DNA of 63,954 nt, counting the filler, from Octopus bimaculoides (taxonomy: Eukaryota), in assembly GCF_001194135.2 (NCBI RefSeq). It is 4 parts of 4 records of this genome, joined end to end, with 100 filler letters (N's around TTAATTAATTAA, not from the genome) between each part and the next. Parts side by side here need not be neighbours in the genome. Positions count along the whole stretch, not along the records: positions 1 to 28,616 come from NC_068989.1; 3 more parts are not named here. One strand, given 5' to 3'. Shown here piece by piece: positions 13,219 to 25,684 of this stretch (positions are counted from its first letter, which is position 1; each line of letters starts with the position of its first letter). Under the pieces are notes generated by a model that was not told the DNA's origin, did no database searches, and was given only the letters and a program-made list of their open reading frames with translations. The position numbers and the translations under genes are program-made.

Positions 13219-13902
13219 TTCTTATCAGGAATGTTGCAAACCAAATGCAAAACCGATATATACCGACTTAGATTTGAATTCAAAACATGGCAGTTAAGGA
13301 GTATGTCAATAATTCCATATGCAACAGGAACAAACGGAATGGTAAACAACAATTTCTGTAACGTCGTTTCAGAAAGACGATAGGTTTCCAATAAAGATAG
13401 AGACAGGTTCCATAAAATAGCAATGCTTGAAACATTTATAGGCATTTTTTTTTCCAAGATGTACCTAAATCTTTTTGATGTAAGATAGGGAAATCCTTCA
13501 TCTACTTTTCAAATTAAGAACAATAAATATCACTAATGTAATAATAACGTTAAAATATAATTAATCTGATTATAATGTAGCGTGCTTAATTAATTACAGT
13601 CAATTAATTATACCATTAGTATCATAATCTTGGTTGCGCAACAGTTTCTAGATCAAGCTTTCGTTCTTCTCTGCTCCTTCTTTCATTCCCTTCTTCTTTT
13701 CGTCTCTTCATCCCATTCTTTCACGTACTCCTCTGCCCACTCCTCTCTCTCTATCTCAGTTCTCTTCCGGTGTTTTCTAATAACAAGTCGACTGTAGAAA
13801 TTGCTTAAACCAAGGGAAAAAGTACTCGTAATCACCCCCTTCACCCCCTCTTCTCCATCCTCTTCTGGTGTTGTTCTTTTATATTTTTCTTTTCTCATTG
13901 CC

Positions 13903-13997
13903 TTTCTTCTTCTTCTTCTTCTTCTTCTTCTTCTTCTTCTTCTTCTTCTTCTTCTTCTTCTTCTTCTTCTTCTTCTTCTTCTCCTCCTTCTTCTTCT
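13903..13997. repeat. (TTC)n microsatellite
   Basis: About 26 perfect TTC units followed by degenerate units. Confidence 0.98.
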
Positions 13998-14475
13998 CTC
14001 ACTCCCCCTCTTCCACTTCCTCCTTCCTCTTCCTCAGCCTCCCCACTTTTTCCAATTCCATAAATCTTTCTTTCAAGTCTCCTNNNNNNNNNNNNNNNNN
14101 NNNNNNNNNNNNNNNNNNNNNNNNNNNNNNNNNNNNNNNNNNNNNNNNNNNNNNNNNNNNNNNNNNNNNNNNNNNNNNNNNNNNNNNNNNNNNNNNNNNN
14201 NNNNNNNNNNNNNNNNNNNNNNNNNNNNNNNNNNNNNNNNNNNNNNNNNNNNNNNNNNNNNNNNNNNNNNNNNNNNNNNNNNNNNNNNNNNNNNNNNNNN
14301 NNNNNNNNNNNNNNATCACCAATTAATCATCACACCCTCATCAAATTAATTCTGCTTTCATCTTTTCCCCTCAAATCAATTGAGAACCCTGCTCCCTTTT
14401 CAACCCCCATCACTCTTTCTTCCTTGATAAACACCCCCTCCTAATTTCCAAAGGAGAATATTTAGCTTTTGTTGC

Positions 14476-14512
<37 letters not shown>

Positions 14513-15344
14513 GGGGTGGCGTGGTCTTAGTAGAAGCGCAAAACTCGTTCTTCTTTCCTCAACATTCCAGCGCTGTATTTAATGCTAGAAATAGCAACCA
14601 AATATAACTCAAATTATACCTTGCCATCTTAAAATAGGACAAGCAGGCATTGGTATGCGGTTAAGAAGCTCGCTTTGCGACCGCGTGGTTTCAGGTTCAA
14701 TCCTGCCACCACCACCACTACCACCACCACCATCGTCATCATCATCACGAACAGAATCATCGTCAACAGTTATCAACCAACTGCAATATGAACAACAACA
14801 ACAACAGCCAATATTTACCACCAACGACAACAACAGTATCAACAATAATTTTATCAAAATCTATACTTTCCATCGATAAACCACGAAGCTTAAATAACCA
14901 GCTGGAGCACGTGTTATGCAATGTGCAACAAATGCCCAAGTTAGGAATGAGTGCAGGACATACATTTTGTTATTTCTTACCCCGACGAATTGTTTAAAAT
15001 TCTTCAAAGTTTCGCTTTATTAAATTGTCTAAAATCCTTAGCATCCTGTTATTTTACACGCTGAATTACTTTAAAATTGTCATAAATTTGATGACTTTTG
15101 TTATATTTTATATTTTGATAAATATTTTGCTTTAATAATTTTTGCTGATAACATTATTTTGCGTTGATAGAAAAAAAAAATTATCTCGTTAAATGTATTT
15201 GGATTTGATAAATATATTTCGTTGCTAAAAAAATATGTTTCTTTCATAAATAAATTCCGCAGAATAAATTTTTCTCTTTTAATAAATATATTTCGTTGTT
15301 GAAATATGGAGGTCAACAAAAATATCAAGACATCTTTATCTTTT

Positions 15345-15890
15345 AACGTTTTACTTGTTTCATTCACTAAACTGCGGCCATGCTGGGGCACGGCTTTGAA
15401 GAGTTTGTTGTCAAGTTTTCAGTCGACCCCAGCACTTATCATTTTAAGCCTGGTTCTTCTTAAATCGGAGACTTTTACTGAACCGCTAAGTTACTGGGAG
15501 GTAAACACACTGGCAACTGTTGTCAAGCGATGGCGGAGGACAAACGAAGACACACACACACACACACACAAATATATATACGATGGTCTTTCAGTTTTCA
15601 TCTACCAAACCTTTCCACAAGGCTAAATTTGTTTCCTTTTAAAAGATACGTCTAACAGAATTCTTAATCTCTTTTGCTTCTTTCAGTCATTAGACTGTGG
15701 GCATGCTGGGGCACCGCCTTGATACAAACTTAGATAGAAACCTAGATACAAAGACATACACATACACACATATATATAAATATAGCCCGAGGCTATACTA
15801 AAAGTCACATGTCCAAGGTGCCACGCAGTGGAACTGAACCCAGAACGATGTGAATGTGGCTGAGGAGCAAGCTTCTTACCACACAGCCAT
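15345..15890 (-). mobile_element. Two adjacent SINE-B copies (15345-15625; 15671-15890)
   Basis: Family B tail and head motifs; the second copy has an unusual internal segment gatacaaac...ctagatacaaagacatacac. Confidence 0.85.
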
Positions 15891-16271
15891 ATAATATTTT
15901 GTAATTTTTTCTCACTGGAAAAAGACTGAGAGATGGAAAGTTAAATTAAGTGAACAACTAGTTTTAACATACCTTACGGCTAAAATAAATCAATTCCGTT
16001 GCCATTTCTAAGGCGTTCCGTTGCTACATTTGTTAACGTTGATAGTTGAAAAAATCTTAGCTGGAGGTGAAAAAGTACGTAAGAGCGAGTGAAATTTGTT
16101 GATGTATAAATTGTGAGTTGTTATGCAAACGTGTATTCGTGCTGAATAAAGTGCTCAGAGCGAAAACATCTGCAGCCGATTTTAAACTCCTGACCTATGA
16201 ATATGGAGCTCAATCAATACAATCCATTCGCTCATTTCGCTTCTCTAAATAAACACGAATCACAACTATTA

Positions 16272-16722
16272 AGCGCAGGAGTGGCTTGTCGTAAGGAATC
16301 TTCTTCACAACCATACGGTCTTGGGTTCGGTCCCACTACGTGGCACATTGGGTAACGGTCTTATATATATTCTTTTATTCTTTTACTTGTTTCAGTCATT
16401 TGACTGCAGCCATGCTGGAGCACCACCTTTTAGTCGAACAAATCGACCCCAGTGCTTATTCTTTGTAAACCTAGTACTTATTCTATCGGTCACTTTTTGC
16501 CGAACTCCTAAGTTACGGGGAACGTAAACACACCAGCATCGGATGTCATATATACATATATATGTATATATATATGTCATCGGATACACATATATATATA
16601 TTTATATATATGTATCTATATATATTTATATATATGTGTGTATGTGTATGTCTTTGTAGCTAGGTTTGTATCAAGGTGGTGCCCCAGCATGCCCACAGTC
16701 TAATGACTGAAACAAGCAAAAG
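16272..16722. mobile_element. SINE-B cluster: + head (16272-16360), - tail (16375-16545), + tail (16670-16722)
   Basis: Family B motifs in both orientations. Confidence 0.8.
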
Positions 16723-16899
16723 AGATTAAGAATTCTGTTAGACGAAGCAAATTTGCTTTTGGAATAGAGAGACGTTTCGAAGACCCGAGAAATAAATTCT
16801 TCACCGGAAAATTTACCGAAATAAAAGGGCCTTTGATGGTCAAATAGGTGTGCAAGAAATAGCTGGCATCACAACAAATAGCACACCTGATAGTCTTGG

Positions 16900-17498
16900 A
16901 AATGCCAAGGGGACCACCATCACCATCATCATCAATATTATCACCAGCAATATCAACACCACCACCATCATTTACATCATCATCATCATCATCATCATCA
17001 TCATTAACAACCACAGTTGCCATCTGGAAGAATATAAGTGTTTACTACTAAAAACATCATCAACAGCAGCAACAGCAGCAGCAACAACATGAACAAGAAG
17101 AACAACAACAAAAACAAAAACAACAACAACAGTAAGAAGACTGCTTAAGGTCGACATCCGCGATCAGAAGCAACAGCGAAGTTCACCATCAAGATTATAA
17201 ACAAAAGCGTCAACAGTTACGATTAAAAACATCGACATTTATCATCTCGCAGAAGAAACAACAACAACAACAAGACCAAGAAAAACAACAACAAGAACAA
17301 CAAGAAAAATAAGAATAGGAACAAAAAGAACCAGAACAACAACAGCAACAACAACACCATTTATATGCACAACACAAAGAATAATTAATGGACAGTTGCA
17401 GAGTTTACCATTAACAATAACAACATTGAGTGTCACTGAAAAGAAGAAGAACAACAACATTTAGCAACTAAACTGTCACCACCACCGCCACCACCACC

Positions 17499-17530
<32 letters not shown>

Positions 17531-17969
17531 CAGCAGCATTTGCCACCACCGACAGCAACAACATTTATTAACCACAACACCAATAAAAAACACTTATGGG
17601 GGGGGGGGAAAGTCACTTGTTAACATCGATCAATAACACAATCAAGATTGACCATCAAAACTGACAATCAACATCAACATGGCCACTCAACATCACCATC
17701 GTCATCAACAGCAGCAGCGTTTACAATAACAGCCATTTACCATCAACAACAATATTTAGCAGCAACAATATTGACATTTATCATCATCATCATCATCATC
17801 ATCATCATTATCATCATCATCAATATCAACATCGTCATTGTTGTTGTCATCATCATAATCAATACCCCCCCCCCCCCNNNNNNNNNNCCCCCCCGCCGCC
17901 ACCATCGTCATCATCATCATCACCATGAACAACATCATCGTCTACAGTTATCAACCAACTGCAATATGT

Positions 17970-18001
<32 letters not shown>

Positions 18002-18160
18002 AATTTTATCAAAATTTATATTTACCATCAATAAAACCTCGAGTGTCTACAACATCACCATCACCATCAGCAACAGCAACATCAACTACCAGCACACCAA
18101 CGCCAACGTCGACCACATTTACAATAAAAAACAAGACAAACGCCAACAGCAGCGGAAATA
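16900..18160. repeat. Compound CAT/CAA/CAC triplet low-complexity tract
   Basis: Interspersed (CAT)n, (CAA)n and (CCA)n runs. Confidence 0.95.
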
Positions 18161-18164
18161 GTCG

Positions 18165-18909
18165 TAACCTTGGTTGCAGGGTCAGAAGTGTGCCTCCTAA
18201 CTAGAAGTTTCCGGGTTCAGTCCCTCTGCGTGGCACATTGGGCAAGTGTCTTCTGGTAAAGCAACGTGCCGCCCAAAGCCTTGTGAGTGGATTTTGTAGG
18301 CGGAAACTGAAAGAAGCCCGGCTGTGTGGTAAGTAGCTTGCTTACCAGCCACATGGTTCCGGGTTCATTTCCACTGCGTGGCACCCTGGCCAAGTGTCTT
18401 CTATTATAGCNNNNNNNNNNGCGTGGCACCCTGGCCAAGTGTCTTCTATTATAGCCTCGGGCCGACCAAAGCCTTGTGAGTGGATTTTGTAGGCGGAAAC
18501 TGAAAGAAGCCTGGCTGTGTGGTAACTAGCTTGCTCACCAGCCACATGGTTCCGGGTTCAGTCCCATTGCGTGGCACCTTGGCTAAGTGTCTTCTGCTAT
18601 AGCCTTGAGCCAACCAAGGCCTTGGAGTAGTGGATTTAGTAGACGGAAACTGGAAGAAGTCCGTCGTGTATATATGTATATACATATGTATGTGTATATG
18701 TTTGTGTGTCTGTGTTTGTCCCTCAACCATCGCTTGACAACAGATGCTGGTATATTTACGTCCCCGTAACTAAGCAGTTCGGCAAAAGAGGACGATAGAA
18801 TAAGTACTAGGCTCACAAAGAATAAGTCCTGCGGTCGATTTGCTCGACTAAAGGTCGTGCTCCAGCATGGCCGCAGTCAAATGACTGAAACAAATAAAAG
18901 AATAAAAGA

Positions 18910-18910
<1 letters not shown>
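18165..18910 (+). mobile_element. SINE-B with tandemly reiterated 5' module (3 heads) and one tail
   Basis: Heads start at about 18170, 18320 and 18512; each of the first two ends gaaactgaaagaagcc; single tail 18720-18910. Confidence 0.85.
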
Positions 18911-18951
<41 letters not shown>

Positions 18952-19713
18952 NNNNNNNNNNNNNNNNNNNNNNNNNNNNNNNNNNNNNNNNNNNNNNNNN
19001 NNNNNNNNNNNNNNNNNNNNNNNNNNNNNNNNNNNNNNNNNNNNNNNNNNNNNNNNNNNNNNNNNNNNNNNNNNNNNNNNNNNNNNNNNNNNNNNNNNNN
19101 NNNNNNNNNNNNNNNNNNNNNNNNNNNNNNNNNNNNNNNNNNNNNNNNNNNNNNNNNNNNNNNNNNNNNNNNNNNNNNNNNNNNNNNNNNNNNNNNNNNN
19201 NNNNNNNNNNNNNNNNNNNNNNNNNNNNNNNNNNNNNNNNNNNNNNNNNNNNNNNNNNNNNNNNNNNNNNNNNNNNNNNNNNNNNNNNNNNNNNNNNNNN
19301 NNNNNNNNNNNNNNNNNNNNNNNNNNNNNNNNNNNNNNNNNNNNNNNNNNNNNNNNNNNNNNNNNNNNNNNNNNNNNNNNNNNNNNNNNNNNNNNNNNNN
19401 NNNNNNNNNNNNNNNNNNNNNNNNNNNNNNNNNNNNNNNNNNNNNNNNNNNNNNNNNNNNNNNNNNNNNNNNNNNNNNNNNNNNNNNNNNNNNNNNNNNN
19501 NNNNNNNNNNNNNNNNNNNNNNNNNNNNNNNNNNNNNNNNNNNNNNNNNNNNNNNNNNNNNNNNNNNNNNNNNNNNNNNNNNNNNNNNNNNNNNNNNNNN
19601 NNNNNNNNNNNNNNNNNNNNNNNNNNNNNNNNNNNNNNNNNNNNNNNNNNNNNNNNNNNNNNNNNNNNNNNNNNNNNNNNNNNNNNNNNNNNNNNNNNNN
19701 NNNNNNNNNNNNN

Positions 19714-19744
<31 letters not shown>

Positions 19745-20060
19745 ATATATATAGATAGATAGATATACGTGCATATAAATGTATATAAATATGTTTTTAT
19801 TCCGTATTTATATTTATATACATTATACTTATTCATGTGCGTGGGCAAACTTATACGCTTATAAATATAAGTGAATATCTATCTATCTATCTATCTTTTT
19901 TTTCTCTCACGATCCCTTTTGATCGGAATTATATTTTTCTTGTTTTTTTCCCTATTTTCGAAAAGAAAAGCTCTATATTGTATTTTGTCCCCTCTGTGTT
20001 CGGCCCTGTGCGTCTAATAAAGAAACTTATCTATTGTCTAAGCTTATAAATATAAGTAAA

Positions 20061-20105
<45 letters not shown>

Positions 20106-20589
20106 GTCTATCTGTCTGTTTGTCTGTCTGTCTGTGTTATATGCACATTTTTTCGCACTTGTATTCTACGTGTATGCATGTATCTATGCATGTATACGGT
20201 AGTTGGAATGCCAGATTATAATATAAAACATTTAGTAAGTCCCTCTAATAACAATGAATGACCATACCGCTTGCGTGCTCGTATTACGGTCCAGTCGCTT
20301 ATGCTATATCTACGACCGTCACTTATACACTTCGAGTACCTGACACTTTGCTGATACAAAAACATGACCATACCCCCCCCCCCACCAGACAGCGGTTGTG
20401 CAGCGTAATGGACGCAAGAAGCATTTCAAATCATCCTGCGCGAAACATTATCAGGAAAGAGACCAGCGTACGACTAAGTGGAATCGCTGTCATTTATTGA
20501 TGGTTGTCGTTGATGTTGTTCAGCACCAAGATCACCCACATCGAACAGTCACATGATTAAATTCATCAATATATATTGCCACCACTGAT

Positions 20590-20705
20590 TCTCATTCTTT
20601 ATGATTTTTTCTGATGAAGGACTAGAGTCCGAAACGTTAAGATTCGTTCCCTTCTTTGTAAGCGTTAAATATTTATTGAAACTTACCCCCTCATGTTGCC
20701 TTCTT
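20590..20705 (+). ncRNA. Candidate minimal hammerhead ribozyme within a Penelope-type terminal repeat remnant
   Basis: CTGATGA-A-GGAC-taga-GTCC-GAAA-CGTT at 20611-20638: complete core, 4-bp stem II, palindromic AACGTT stem III; stem I weak. Confidence 0.5.
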
Positions 20706-20819
20706 TTTGTGCGACTCATCAGACTCGAATGGCTGAAGGCCTTCAGCTATTTGTGTCTGACGAATCGTCTATTCTATACGGCTTTGCGTTTCATGGGTGC
20801 GAAACCAATGATTACTTTA

Positions 20820-21045
20820 TGACCGTGTGTGTCTGCGTCTGTGTTAGTGCCGCACCAGCGCTTGACAACCGGTGTTAGTGTTTTTACGTCCCCGTAACGT
20901 AGCGGTTCGGCAAAATAGAATGATAGAATAAGTACCATGCTTTATAAAAAAAGTACTGGGACCGCCTCACTCGACCGAAAATTCTTCAAGGCGGTGCCCC
21001 AGCGTGGCCGCAGTCTAATGACTGGCTGAAACAAGTAAAAGATAA
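20820..21045 (+). mobile_element. SINE family B 3' part
   Basis: gcttgacaaccggtgtt...tacgtccccgtaac.tagcggttcggcaaaa...ggcggtgccccagc.tggccgcagtc. Confidence 0.88.
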
Positions 21046-21111
21046 AAAATGCTTCTGTATAATATTTTTTACTACTACTACTACTACCGCTGTTGTTGCT
21101 GCTGCTGCTGG

Positions 21112-21145
<34 letters not shown>

Positions 21146-21685
21146 AATGCTGCAGTGGTAGCGGCTACGTTTATAGGAAAAAAAAAAATTTTTTTGAATG
21201 TTGCAACGAAGAACTTGAAACCAAATCAGATGTAAAAATAAATTGGAGAAAAACAAAAGAAGAAAAACAACAAAACAAATGCAATCAATACAATCATGGT
21301 CGTCGCCGTCATCATCATCATCATCATCATCATCGTTAAAGTAAACAATACCAACAGTGATAACACAAACAAAAAACGACAACAGCAAAAATACAAATGT
21401 TATGAATGATAAACAAAAACAAAAACAGAAAAATAAAAATACGAAAAAAAAACCCCCAAAACAAAACAAGAACATCCAAGAGAAAGGAAATAGAAGAAAA
21501 GGAAAACATGGATATATTACAGAAAACATTTCAAAGAAACAATCAGAGACAAACACACACGCACACACACACACGCATGCTCATACACACATTACCCATA
21601 TATACATACATAGATACATACATACATATAAATAAATAAATATATATATATACTTACACACACACACCACCCATACATACATACA

Positions 21686-21721
<36 letters not shown>

Positions 21722-22215
21722 TATGTATATACTTACACATACGCATGTATACACATCACCCATACATACATATATATACATATTTATATATATATACTCA
21801 CACACACATACAGAATTTTTTTTAATGATAAACTCGTATGAAAAATATATGCATGTATTCACGTCATCGCCAGAAACTCAAAATAGGATTTTATTCATGC
21901 GTGTGTGTGTATGTGTGTGTGTCCATATATATATATATACATAATACATTTAATGTATACACTCACTAGCACACACATATACACACACACACATATATCT
22001 ATGTGTATGTCTGTGTTTTTGTATACACATATATGAAGGTGTAAGTTTTTGGTATGTATATGTGTGTGTGTGTCTGTGTGTGCGCGTGCGCATATATCTA
22101 ACAAAATTTATCCTTCTCTTTGGATATTATTCTACACCAGTGAGATTAATTAGGGTTTCCATAGACAAAGGGAACGAAAATCTTACTTCTCTTGGTTTTC
22201 TTGCCTTTCTCTTCG

Positions 22216-22255
<40 letters not shown>

Positions 22256-23072
22256 TTTAATATGCAGAATTTTAAAAGGAGTTACTTCTAACAGTTTCAT
22301 GCTGTAGAGATACAGTAGTTGGTAGATTTATATAACATGTCATGTGTGTGCAAACAATCATTCAGGCTCAGTGCATGCCATTAAAACTATTCGAAAGCCA
22401 GGACGCTGGTTTATGAGAAAGTACGAGAAAAAAAAAATGGGGAGAAAAGCACAAAGAAAGTTGATGGAAAAAGTGAAACGAGAAGAAAGGAAAGAAAAGC
22501 AAGAAGGCCCAAATCTTTGTCCCCTGTGTCTATAGAAAACGTAATTAATCTCGCTGGTGTAGAATAATATAAAGGAGAGGAGGCCAAATTCTGATATATA
22601 TATATATATATATACTCACGCACACACCAAAAACTTTCTTGTACTTCTGATAATGGCGTTTACATATGTGTGTATACTTTTATATGAATTTACTTCACAG
22701 AAGCATATTCGTGTCCTGGTTAAAACATATATGCGTATTTTATGGTAGTATATATAACAGCGTGTTAGTGGAGTCGTTACAGAGCCGGTTAGAATACGGT
22801 GCAGTATTTGATCCAGTTTTGTGCGCTATATCTTCCGGTTTTGGTTATGCTTCTATTGAAGCAGAGAACGATCGAGTAAGGAGATTAGCAGCATTCAATT
22901 TTTGAATCTCCTCTTTCTCCAACATGAATATGTAATTAAAATGAAAACAATTGATCTACTATTGAATTTGTTGCAAGCACATATTGATAAGTAGTACAGC
23001 ATAAGATGGAAATAATTTTAATATACATGCCTTGAATGATGTTTCAGTTGACTCTGTTTACCCGTTATATGT

Positions 23073-23258
23073 TGTATATTACTGCCCTAGTCTTACTTTA
23101 TATTGTATATTACTGCTCTAGTCTTACTTTATGTTGTATATTACTACTCTAGTCTTACTTTACGTTGTATATTACTACCTTAGTCTTATTTTACGCTGTA
23201 TATTACTGCTCTAGCCTTACTTTATGTTGTATATTACTGCTCTAGTTTTGCTTTATGT
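23073..23258. repeat. 31-bp minisatellite, 6 copies
   Basis: Unit tgtatattactgctctagtcttactttatgt starting at 23073, 23104, 23135, 23166, 23197 and 23228. Confidence 0.95.
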
Positions 23259-23884
23259 CAAATGAGCTCTCTTTCACAAATTTTGCGCATAAAATTCCAA
23301 GTGTATCTTTTTGAAATTAGCAACATAATATTTGTCCTCGACTTCAGAAGACTTTGACCCTAACCAGTTCAAATCCAAATCTGTTCACGTCGGTTACATT
23401 TGTAACCGACTATAACTTAATATTTTAACAAGTATACATTGTGGTATTCTTAGATCATTAACCAGAAGATATGAGTAATTAAATATGTTAATTAGCATGG
23501 AAACAAGGAAGAAGTGGGGGTGGAGGTAATTTTGGATCATTTCCAACCGCAAAGAAAAATTCAAGCAATTAGGAAAGAGTTTGCTGAAACCTGGATCAAG
23601 GAATAACCATAAACTCTGTAAGTCTGCAGCTAAATAAATGGTCGGAATTAAAGAAAGAGACGAACAATCAGGTAGAAGAGTGCCAACAAAAACTATTTTA
23701 AGTGAATGCTAAAGCCAAGAATTTCTTGGCTGTGGTTTAAGGCTTCAATGATCTTCATGTCCCATTAAGATGATGTTATAGTTTTGTGAAGGGACACAGA
23801 CTAATAATAATAATAATAATAATAATAACAACAATAACGTAACGACAACAATGAAAATAATGATAGATGGCGTGCACTGCTCTC

Positions 23885-23894
23885 TCACCCAACA

Positions 23895-23970
<76 letters not shown>

Positions 23971-24035
23971 TAATAATAATAATAATAATATTAATAATAA
24001 TAATAATAATAATGATGATGATGATGATAATAATA
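23885..24035. repeat. (AAT)n microsatellite with GAT interruptions
   Basis: Directly visible. Confidence 0.98.
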
Positions 24036-24109
24036 ACGAACATAAAAATGGCACAATAAATATCAGAATATTATTAGAAGAAAATAATTGAATTTCATAA
24101 TAAGTGTGA

Positions 24110-24440
24110 GTAAAGAAAGTGGACTACGCATTGGATGAGATCAGTAAAATGGATGAGATGCTGTTATCGTTTGATGTAGTATCAAGCAGAACATAGTTTA
24201 AAGCGACTAAAACTGTAAATGTAGAACCACGTGGAGATGGGAAAAGCTGTTATGCTGGGATGCGTGGTATAGAGGAAAGAAGACTGTTGCCAGTGCTTAT
24301 CTTTCAGAGAAAAAATCCTTGCCAAATGACCAACATTTACGTGGGAAATCTGTTCATGTCGTAGAAAGGGATAGATGGATGAATGTGTTGTCAAGCTCTA
24401 GGTGGATAACATCAAGGCCTACTGGTGGCTCCCTTATAAA
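24110..24440 (+). mobile_element. Decayed Penelope-like reverse transcriptase fragment
   Basis: DEMLLSFDVVS (cf. PLE VSFDVVSLFT) and downstream VDNIKAYW (cf. RYVDDIF.IW); frameshifted. Confidence 0.45.
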
Positions 24441-24519
24441 GCTTTCCCTACTTTTGTGGGGACCAAGAAAGGATGCAGCGACTGAAGACGAAAATGGAAA
24501 TGATTCCTTTCCTGATACT

Positions 24520-25340
24520 CACCCACCAGCATTCCCCCTCCAAATAACTCACCCCAGCTCTTCAAGCTTTTCCTGGCACTACTCCTCCTACCACTCTTCT
24601 CTCCCACACTACCTCCACCTTTCCCACACTACCTCCACCTTTCCCACACTACCCCACCATTCCCACACTACCCCCGCTGTCCCACAATATCTCCGTCTCT
24701 CTCACATTACTCCCACCACTCCAACACTACCCCACCTCTCCCTCACTACCAACCTCTCCCTCACTACCAACCTCTCCCACATGCCCAACCTCTACCACAC
24801 TGCCCCACCTCTCCCACACGACTCCACCTCTTTCACATTTCCACCCCTCTCTCCCACACTACTCATTCATGTACGATTTCCCCGACACTAAGCCACCCGA
24901 CGCTACCTTCTCCAAGTATTGGACCCTCCTCGCCTCAATACTATACTTCAGGGCATAACCCCTCTAATACTACACGCCAACCATGACCCACACGGTACAC
25001 TCTCCCCTGATACTGCATCTCTCACAGAAGCCATCCATCCCGATGGTACGCCTCCGCCACTACTCCACACTACCCTCCCTGATACTACCCCCCACCTGAT
25101 ACTACCTCTCCTGAGACTTCACCTCCTTCACTACCTCTCCTAGCCCTGACCCTCCCAGAAACATATGTCTCGGCATTGCCTCCCCGCCCTCCCGATACTA
25201 ACCCTTCCACAGCCTCTCGCCCAGCTCAATTCCCTCCCAGGAACTAACCCTCACGTTGCTACATCTCCTGACACTACACCTCTCGGCACAACGTCCTCCC
25301 ACTTCCTTTACAACAATATACACCGTCTTATGCCAATGTT
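24520..25340. repeat. C/A/T-rich degenerate tandem tract (ccacactacctccacct-like)
   Basis: G nearly absent on the + strand; recurring ccacacta, cactacc and ctctccc motifs. Confidence 0.85.
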
Positions 25341-25684
25341 TATAAATCAATAGACTCGAATAGCTGAAAAGATAATGGCGATGGTGCTGGAGGTAGAATG
25401 GCGAATGAAATATTATAACTGCAGGCTGCAGGCTACAGGCTGTCTCTATGTCTGTACGTGTTAGTCCTTCCTACAAGAGAAGCATTAACAGACGATAAAG
25501 TCAGTGTTGTTACTTGTTTGAAATGTATCTGCTACAAACTTCCGTATTCTTAATCAATAACTGTTTTGACCATTTCTTCTCAGCTTGTCTTTCTGTCGTG
25601 CTCAATAGTGTAACCAGTTCCATTTTAGCGATACACAGTGCAATCTTGTAGCCAGTTATTTATTTATTTTTTTTTTCATCTTTT

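Noticed and set aside
24319-24891. 190-aa ORF
   Set aside because: The N-terminal part overlaps a frameshifted Penelope remnant and the rest is the C-rich low-complexity tract.
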